A DNA stretch of 64,000 nt, taken from contig JBEWZL010000184.1 in NCBI GenBank assembly GCA_045837725.1, positions 434,001 to 498,000 of the forward strand. Reading direction: 5' to 3'. Positions 54,699 through 64,000 of this stretch are shown here, in pieces. The DNA comes from Vermamoeba vermiformis. Lineage: Eukaryota. The position numbers and the translations under genes were made by a program. How positions within the stretch are numbered: position 1 is the first letter of the stretch; each line of letters opens with the position of its first letter. The notes beneath the pieces were generated by a model. That model worked only from the letters and a program-made list of their open reading frames with translations, was not told the origin of the DNA and made no database searches.

Positions 54699-55584
54699 AT
54701 TGGAAGTTAACTAGTTGAGTTGTGGGTGTTGTCGATTGATTTGTTTCAAATTACAATGTAATTACACTGGCGAAAATGCTGCGGTTTTATACTTTTGTGT
54801 GCGAAAAGTCGGAAGCAACTGTTTCCGAAACAAATTTCCGGTGTTTGAATGAGTGCTTTGTGTGATTCTCGATCACCATTCAATGGTTTGGATGCGAACT
54901 TTGCTCAATGTTTCCACCGGATCGGGGCGACTCTGTGGCAAACATTACATGACGCAGGAAGCGCATCAAGTCTGTATCAAAGCGATCAATTACTAGATCT
55001 AGCGACGCTAACATTCGAAGTATAGACGGTACTAATCTTGCCGGCAATCCAAGCTTACAGAACTGGATATGTCATTTTGTGAATTGGATCTGCACCGGAT
55101 GATCCCCGATTGTGTATAACTTGATACTCAGCTGTAAGATCGTTTAGTTCTCGCTATTCAAGCGCGGCGAAAACATCCGACGAGCATGATATTCGAGTAA
55201 TTACAAATTTCCAGTCATTACATAGACTGACATCTGGACAGCAGCAACGCATTGAATATCACCTGTAAAAGTATGGTGTTACCTCAACACTAGCTATATG
55301 AGAGGTAATATAATACCTTTCGCTAACACATCACCGTTGATTATCATTTTCATTTCAAAATGTTACCAGGTACATTATCCCGAGGATTTAACCGGTGAGA
55401 TACTTGTATTGCACGTAAGAATTGAACTGATGGCATATCGTAAGTCCCAATACGCAACGGATAGGTAGGTTAGTCCTTTGTTTTGATCTTTTTGCTGTCT
55501 TTCTTTCAAGAAAGTTACCGATCCGATTTCGAATCTTTGATGAATCAATAAATAGTTTAATTAGCGTACATTATATATGAACAA

Positions 55585-58500
55585 TTATTTCTTCTTTTTC
55601 TTCTTGCTTTCTTTGTCTTCTTGCTTCGCCAAATGAGGTCGGAACTTTGGTCGGTTAAATACCGACATTAAATAATACAAGGTCGTTACATCTAGTTGAT
55701 AATTATACAAACTATCTTGATATTTCTTAACGTGCTGTAGCAGTTGATAAATCTTGCGCATTTTGTTGAAATTAACGATTCGATTTGCACGTGACTTAAA
55801 GGTCGGTTCGGTTTCTTCCAGATGCGATAAATACTTTTGATAAAGACCTACAAAAATACATTAGTATACATAATTATTATTAGCTAATGAGGTATATGTT
55901 AATTGTACCTATCCAAGGAACGCATGGTGTTTCGGATGTACTAATGACATTTTGATAGGCTGCGAATACGTCTTTTGGATTGAAAATATCGAGCATCGAA
56001 TTTAATGCTATAATATTATGCGACCCGATTTTCTATAATAGGACATATTAATTATACGGCGATTATTAAATTTTAGTTTGCGAACTTACTTCGTGAATTT
56101 TTGCAATAGTATTCTGAACATCGTTATGATTTAACGCTGATACGATTGAATAGCAACCGTTATAATTATGAAGCTTCAAACATTCCTATATTAGGAAATA
56201 AAGGTTAATTAGCGAGATTTTAATCGAGATTGAAAAAATATTGAACTTACCTGCGCTACTTTAATGAAGTGCTTAATCGTTGCAGCCTTTTCTTTGCTGT
56301 CAGACGCGTCAAATATATCTTTCATGACCCAATCACAAACCTATAAATGGAAAAAAGTTTTTGCGTCAAAAATATTTTGTTAATTTTTGCAGATCTGATC
56401 TGACTTACCTTGTCGGTTCGTTGCACAAGAGAGGTAAATTGTTTTGCAAATAAAACGACTTGTTTTGAGTTCAGCGAAGTGATGGGATTGTTATTCGACA
56501 AAAACTCTTGCATTGTAATGTTGCAGAATAATTGATGGTCCATTAATGTCAACGTTGCAGCTAACGCCGTCGGATCTACCTCCGTAACCCTAAAAATACC
56601 ATTAATCCCGCGATCCACGAGTATTTCTATATAAGGCAATAGTCTTACCGAGAGACCGTTGTCGGGCTGACAGCGTGCGTTGAAAAGTCCGGGAAATTAT
56701 AAACGTTACGAAGGTGTCCCGTAGTCTCCAACTCATGCCATGTCTCAATCGATGTCCAAAAATAGCGGAAAAACTCTTGTTCCTCGACAGTAATGTTGTT
56801 GCTATGATTTTTCACGAACGCGCGCAAAACTTTGATGAAATCTCGCTCTTCGGCCATTTCGTAGAAATAACCCTCTATCCATTTCTTAATGATAGAGCAT
56901 ACTCTAATAATTCATATTAATATTAATTAAAGTGATGTAAGTACTTTAGAATTTTCTTACCGGATGCGCAAGTCAAAAGTTTGCTGTGATAGCTCCATGC
57001 AATTATCTTTCGGATACAACTCGATGATCTCGCTCAACAGTTGTGATGAAGGCAATGCGTATCTATAAGTCAGGAGGAACGCATCGACGTAAGTTGGATC
57101 CGCACCTGAAAAATTTAACATTAGTCTAACTTTAATGCAATAAAATACTATTAAGCGATAAGATATTATAATAATGATAAATTGTATATTATATACTATA
57201 TGAACTTACTTTGGTACTCGTGGTCCAATAACTTGTAAATGAGAACTTTTTTCGGCGCTTCAGCGAGAAATCTCTCCGTCGATTTTTCCGATTTGAGATA
57301 CACAGCGCCACTCTCTTCGGCTAAAATATCTTCCGTCAAGAAGTAGTGCATCACGCCTAAGCGCAGTTGTTGCATATTTTGATGTTCGATCGTCTTCTCT
57401 TGATAACTTTGCATCAATGATTGTCGTTTGAGCTCTTGTTCTTCAACGTCACTATTTTTAACTGTTTCTTGCAGTGCACTTAATGTCTGCTCCAAATTAC
57501 CTAAAAAGGAAAATTCGTTAAAACTAGAAATCTCAATACGGATAGAAATTCATTTGGTTGGTCAGTAAGATTTCCTTATTTGGAAGGTAAACTTACTTAT
57601 GGCGTTTGCAGTTTCAGCCACGTGATTGCTGATCTGAAACATCGATTCGGAGAATAATTTGCTGATTTCAACCAAGTCAAATGAATCATCAGCTTGCGAG
57701 TCAAAACTGGCGTCCAATTTCTTGTCAACTTCTTGCAACAGACTCGCGTAATCATCGTTCGTGAATGACTTGCGGAATAACTCTTCGTATTTGGACTCGA
57801 AGTCTGCCAAGAAATTATCGAATTCTTTTTCCATTGTAATTCGTTCGTCCGACTCCTCCGTACTTTCGTTGTTGCCGAAGTAAATCATCGAGTCGCTTTC
57901 TGAACGCGAAATTTCACCGTGTTCGGTCACCGTCTTGTCAGTCGTTTCGTTCAACTTTTTATCCGCTTCTGATTGGTCCTTCTTCTCATCAGCTCGAACT
58001 TGATCTTCTTGAGGTGCCTTTGCAGGCTCATTTTGCGAGGTCTCGCCATTTGCAGCTGACATTTGAGACTCGTCACGTGGTGTAGTTTCACTGTCGGTCT
58101 TAGTGTTGTCATTGTCAGTCATAGTCAGGTCTCGCTTGATAAGGTCACTTGACAAGGGTCCATCAGTGATCGAGATAGAGTGCCTCGGCTCACTCAATGG
58201 ATACGCGTCACTAGGTCTCGGCGACTTGACGTGCAACTGTTCGTCGTGCAATTTGATCATTTGCTTCAAGAACGAGATGATGTACAAGAACGAGCGCCGT
58301 TGTGTCGGTTGTAACGAATTGTAAAGAATTGATTGGATCAGCGAGTGCGAGAATTGACCGTGATTAACAGCTACAGATATATTGCTATTAGAGGTGCGTT
58401 ATTAAAAAAGTGATGTTTTCGTACCTATTGGAAATCTTAACTTCTCGCAAACTGCGACAGTTGCAAGCGGTGAAGGCAAATTATTGAGCCAAGTTAACAA

Positions 58501-59968
58501 CAGACCCACCACCGTGTGAATATCAGCATTCATTAAAATCTCTTTGCGATGAATAATATCTACAAATAATATATTAATCGTTAATAAGACTCATCTCAAA
58601 GGTCAAAAAGTTATTTTTCTTACCGTGTTGAGAGGCATTTTCGAACTCAGTTTTCAATTTTTGTACTTGAGCGATCGAGATCTTATCTTTTGAAAATAAG
58701 TCACGGACCCAAGGACCTATTACTATAATTAGAATTGTGCTATTGAGAGGCTTTGCAACTTGTACCGTGTTTGATGATGTGAGTGATCAACAAGGCTAAA
58801 AACGCTGGGATTTTTTGACCAGGAAATTTAGACATGGAATCAACGTCCACGCCAAAAAATGGTCCTATAATACGTATTAATATACAGCTATTTATTTCAA
58901 AATTAGATCCGATAATAAAACTTACCCGGTACTGGAAGCTTTGCAAAGTCTTCTGCAGTAAGAAAAAATGTGAGTAATTGATAATATTTGATCGCGTGTC
59001 ATAAAAGAATACAATTCATTGAATGATATTAATTTCATGAATAGAGACATTGTTACGAACCTTTTCGAATCGAATCACCTCGCCCGCGCCTTTTTTCCGA
59101 TACAATGCTGTTGCTGGCTTCAACATAACTTTGACTCTTTTGCAACGGCGTGCCATTATCAATAGCTGAGTTATATTGTCGAATATATTCTTGTTTAGCC
59201 AGTAAAAGTTCGTCGCTCATCTCGATCGCCTGTACTGAAATGCTTTTTTGAAAGGCAGTGGCGCGTTCAAACTGCTCATACGAACGATATCCTAATTTTT
59301 CGGTTAATAAATTATTAGATACTCGGCAACTAATAAGAAATTAAAAATGTGCATCCAATTTCATAAATTTGTTGTGCTTACTCGGTAAATCCGCGTCATC
59401 GTGAGAACTCTTTGGTACATTATCATTGCTATTTTCTTGCTCAATTTTTCCTTTCTTTGGGCCAATAGAACTTTTGGATCGGGGTTTGAAAATTTTCAGG
59501 ATAGAACCAGCCCTTTTTCGTACTTCTGATGGCGAATGTGCTAATAATATTACGCATTATTAATGTATCGTTGTATTAATCAAAAATACGAAGCCAATAC
59601 TGACAATAATTTCGTGCCACAATTAAATAGAATAAAATGTATCATACTAAATATTAAAGTGATTGTTAAGGATCATTACCTCGTTTACGTTCTGTTTCAG
59701 GCGAATTTTTTTGTTCTACTCCGTTCTCCTCTGAGATCGGATCTTTCGGTTTCTCTTTTTTCTTCCAAAATGTCAATAATCTCGTAATTCTCCTCTCCTT
59801 CTTTTCTCCTGTCTCTTTTTTATTCGTTCCAATGTTATTTTCTTGGGATTGAGTCAGTAATGGACTCGGATCAACCTCCGTATGACCCGTTTCGGCTACT
59901 ACGTTGCTAATAATCTCCTTTGGAGCAGTTTCTTCATGAAACTCATTATTATTAGCATTGGCTTCCAT
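55585..59968 (-). CDS. RhoGAP-like + RasGEF (REM + CDC25) protein
   Basis: RhoGAP (FFGVDV, IPAFL, DIHTVVGLLLTWLNNLPSPL). REM (YVDAFLLTYRY). CDC25 (LAATLTLMDHQLF, CLKLHNYNGCYSIVSAL, PCVPWIGLY, IVNFNKMRK). Start MEANANN at 59968. Confidence 0.85.
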
Positions 59969-60188
59969 GTTGCTAAGATAAACATACATGGAATTCGAAA
60001 AACATCAAAGATGTCATTATTAAACGTCAAAAATCAAGATCCCAATAACAGTTGAGCTCTTAGACAATAATTTATAGCAATAGCCTCAATTAATTCATTA
60101 AGAGCATATTAGTGTCAACTTAACTTTATTACAAATGTACATTATGAACAAAAAAGGCCACTCCTGTGGATCACATCCAAAAGCAGTT

Positions 60189-61332
60189 CTAGAAGCTTCT
60201 CATTAACATTCTCTTATTTCTATAGCTGAATACTGTTTTGGGCGGCAAGAAATCGAGCAACATTTTCTTCAGATCCGCCTCCAAGATGTGGAAGTTAAAA
60301 TTTGGCGGGTGCGCTCCGTTATTGTTGTTGTTATTTTGATTATTCTCTTGATGCTGTTTCCACACCTGATATTTCACCCAGCTACGAACTGAAGCGAGAA
60401 TGAAGTCCTCGGAGCAGTCAATCTCGCCAGAATTTAAAGCCTCCAAGAGCAGCTCCCTTTGAAGGACGAGAAACTCGGAAGTTAGTGCCACGTCTTGAAA
60501 GTTTGCGGTAAAGAACTTTAAACAGAAGCCACAAAGTTCCTCGCGAGCTGAAGCGTGCGCTTGATTCCAAATCTGATGCGAAGATTTTGATTCAGTATCT
60601 TTGATTTTCCGGTCATATTATAGAAAATTAGACTTACTAAGCACACGTTATCACGATCAAGGCGAGTCCCGATGTAAGTGGACAATGCGCTCGCAAAATC
60701 ATCGTAGATGAAGTACTCGGCCATAGCTAAGAGAAAACGTTAATAAAAATTCGAATTATATTTTTACTACATTATAGATGTATCATGCGCGTAGAATTTC
60801 GAATAAAGCACGAAGTATAAAGCAGTTATGATTTCATCCGAGGAAAAATATTAAATCTACTTACAATACAGCGCCTCCGCCTCTTCTATCGATGAAAGGC
60901 CTAACAATCGATTGCATTCATTATATTTCAACATGATCTCGAAATATTTAGGCTCCACGTTGGGCACTTCAATAGGCTCCAGATTCGTATCTTGATGCGC
61001 CTCTCTGAAGCTGCACGCGAACATCGTCTTGAAGTACAACGATGCCTTTATCAACCGTGCCTTGTGACCATAATACAGGCCATCTCCAACGCGAAAACAG
61101 ACGTCGAAAGCATTACGAGGGGATTGGTTTGTATAAGCTTGGGCCATTGTGCTCGAAACCAAGGGCTAGCACGAACACTTGCAAATAAGAATATGCGAGG
61201 ACTTGCGTGGTGTTTGTGTGTTTGAGAAATTGTTTTGAACTGTGTGCACGAGACAACGGAAACTTTTTTCGATCGAGTTTTCCCTCTCACTTTCTGAACA
61301 TTGTTCGACACCTCTTCGTTACTAAGTGACAT
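60189..61332 (-). CDS. BTB/POZ + BACK domain protein
   Basis: DVCFRVG...GHKARLIKASLYFKTMF..SFREA and VEPKYFEIMLKY (BTB). EFLVL...CSEDFILASVRSWV (BACK). The first intron appears to be GC-AG. Confidence 0.85.
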
Positions 61333-61436
61333 ATTGCTGTTAAATCTTGCATTAGGGTACCTTAGTGTTATTTTTGGAGGAGAAAATCTTGGAACCTGTC
61401 TCGCGTTATTTTTAAATCCATTTTACGACATCAACC

Positions 61437-63400
61437 ATGGCTCATTATGTAAGTTAACATTTTTAAGCTTGCTGTTACATAGTTTTTGTGCTGTAGAGCA
61501 ATATACTGACGCATTTTGTCCATTTAGCTTGAAACGCCCGAGATTGAGGAAGGAGAGCAGAATCCGCTCTCAACGGTGCACCAAATCGTTACCCACGATA
61601 TGGTCCTTAATAGCGTATCGAAATTAAGACCTTCATTCTTGTGGAAGTATTGCTGGAGCGAAGAAGACGATTTCTACCTTCAAAAACTCTACGCAGTGTG
61701 GGACAATGATGGCGTCAATTTTTATTCTATTGACTACGTAAGTAGCATAATATATAATGCTCTATTCCTCTTTTACAAGCCTAAATTTGATTTAAATTAT
61801 TTAGTCTTCAATTAAATTAAATTGCAATTTCGCTAGTAATGCACTTGGCATTCATTTAATATTAACACCATATTATTAAATATAGAAAGAATGGATTCGT
61901 CGCTTGACTTGGGGTGAAATCATTCGTGTTGAGCAACTTCAGGTCAACAACCTCGGCTTCACGCTTTACACTATTTATGGTGAAGAAAAATACATTAGCG
62001 AGGTCGTAAATAATCACCGCGACATGATGGCTAGTATTCCCGAAATTTTGGACTACTTCCACAACGAGGGTGGCGCGGTAAGTTGCCTCGATCCAAATTA
62101 CGAAATTTCCAGAATTTCAAATAATTAGGCCGCCTAAATATCTTTATGCATTATTTATGCTATTTTCGAGATTAATAGTCGCTCACGAAGTTATTTCTAA
62201 TTTTTTTTGCAATTTAGAAACCAGCGCCTTTGCCCCGTTTCGAGCTCCCTCGCAAAGAAGGCGATGACTCGTGCGAGATTAATTCACTGCCCGCTGAAAT
62301 CATCAAGGTCATCTTCTCGTTTGTTCCAAACTTGGAAGATATTTTCAACATGTGCTGCGTGTGTCGTCACTGGAACAAGTTGTTGCCAAACGACAACCAC
62401 TTCATGCTGTTCTGGAAGAAGATATTCATGAAAACATTCCCTGAGCATCAAGTCGGCGTCAATATGCCTTGGAAGAACTTGTTGCAAACTCGTTTGCGAT
62501 TGGAGAAGAATCGTGAGACACGCACCACTCAGATCTGCGAGAACGGTCTCAATGTAAGCACGGGCTATAGTCGCGTTGATATTATAACGGGCTAGTGTAG
62601 TACTATATAAGGTATTAATATCAATATGAATGCAGGTTGACCAGTCGTACTTGAGTTTCCAAACATGGAAGGTCAACATTGCTGTTTGGAGTGGCAAGTG
62701 GTACTACGAGTTGAAGCTCGGAACAATGACCACTGCACTGCAGATTGGCTGGCTTGGGTTGGGCTGCAAGGCCAAGCCTTTCGTAAGTACTCGCAGTGCA
62801 CCCTTCTTTACGGCATCTTTTAACCGACGTGTGAATACAGGGCTGGACCATGACTGGTGTGGGTGACGACGAACACAGCTATTGTTGGGATCCGATCAGA
62901 AAAGTGACGTTCTGGAACGAGAAAGAAGAGAAGATGGGCCAAGACACGTCACCCTGCAAAGAAGGCGACGTGGTTGGCGTTTGTGTCGATTTGGAGGCCA
63001 AGACCATTTCGTGGTATTACAACGGAGAGAAGGTCGGCACGTACGACGACATCAATGCTGACCTGCCCATTTACGCTGGCTTCACTGTGTACCCTCAAGA
63101 GGGCGCGACGGTGAAAGTAGCCGTCAAGACCGCTGACTTTGCGTAAGTCCAATACTTTTGGTTAATATTCTTAGGCTCACATTTGGATCTAGATACCCTG
63201 TGCCTGCCGGTTACAAGCCACTCGGCGAGGGCATTCATGATCAAGCGATTTTGGTCGAGTCCATTGTCAACAGAATCAGCTACGAGCAGTACTTTGGCCG
63301 CACTGAGCACATCCCCGCACAGCTCATAGAACGGCGCCAGAATTGGGACCTTTCTTCGTTCTCGGATGAACGTGCGATGAATTCTATTTTAAGTCAATAA
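61437..63400 (+). CDS. F-box + SPRY protein with a possible PH-like N-terminus
   Basis: F-box INSLPAEIIKVIFSFV...CVCRHWNKL. SPRY GKWYYEL..QIGW..GVGDDEHSYCWD..GDVVGVCVDL..WYYNG..FGSRYPVPAGYKPL. Confidence 0.85.
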
Positions 63401-63593
63401 ATAGCCAGGCCTAGTAAGTTTCATTAGAAAATTGGTGCACATGGGCCACGTGCTCGTTGTGAATGTTTGGTTCCGTTGTTCCTCGTCAAAAATCAAATCT
63501 TATTTCAAATTTTAATTATTTTGATCAAGCGACAAGAAATTCATGATAGGTATGTTTCAGATCCACATTTTTTGAAGTGGTTCTAACACTTAG

Positions 63594-64000
63594 ATGTCAC
63601 AGAAGGATTGTCTCATGGAGGTTAATGAATCATATCAGAATCCGCTTTGTGTGCCAGAACTGATCGAATCCATAAGTTTTTACCTTCCGGCCCTGTTTAA
63701 TTTGGCTTCTGCTTCAAAATTGTACGTAAGATCAACATTAGTTTATGTCTTTTTCGCTGTTAAAATTGAAAAACAATTCAACCGGTTTTGTTTTGACAGA
63801 TCGAGATCCGTACTTTACCAAATATGACGAACCATATTGCATACTTAGTTTAATTATAGGCATAATCGCATTATACACTCGGCCAGCGTTTGGATCAGAA
63901 ACGGATTCAGAAAGGACTTAATCCTGCACAATAATCAGACTGACGACGTAGAGTGGCAAAAAAATATCAGAAATACTAGGAAAGCGACTTATCATCAAAC
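63594..64000 (+). CDS. F-box protein, 5' part (truncated by window end)
   Basis: NPLCVPELIESISFYL...ASKL, intron ~63722-63859, then HNRIIHSASVW; the frame stays open to the window edge. Confidence 0.55.

Overview
Gene-dense, intron-rich eukaryotic DNA with short GT-AG introns, AT-rich introns and intergenic gaps of about 40-1400 bp. The gene content suggests a free-living amoeba, probably amoebozoan (inference from a Grl-type class C GPCR, a receptor tyrosine kinase and a RhoGAP-RasGEF). I can support 27 protein-coding genes, two tRNA-Lys genes, a tRNA-like RNA with an extended stem and a possible ~155-nt Pol III ncRNA. The window is rich in cullin adaptors: 8 F-box genes and 1 BTB gene. The best candidate for a new system is a tandem pair of genes (44.7-48.3 kb) fusing an F-box to a complete but degenerate eEF1A/eRF3/Hbs1-like three-domain fold, possibly SCF receptors that use a translation-factor mimic as bait. 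Also notable: the 12-bp palindrome TGACACGTGTCA recurs at least 9 times, mostly in introns; several apparent pseudoenzymes (S41 peptidase, RhoGAP); a perfect 34-bp inverted repeat; and genes with bacterial- or viral-looking domains. Exon boundaries and family assignments were made by eye, with no database searches.
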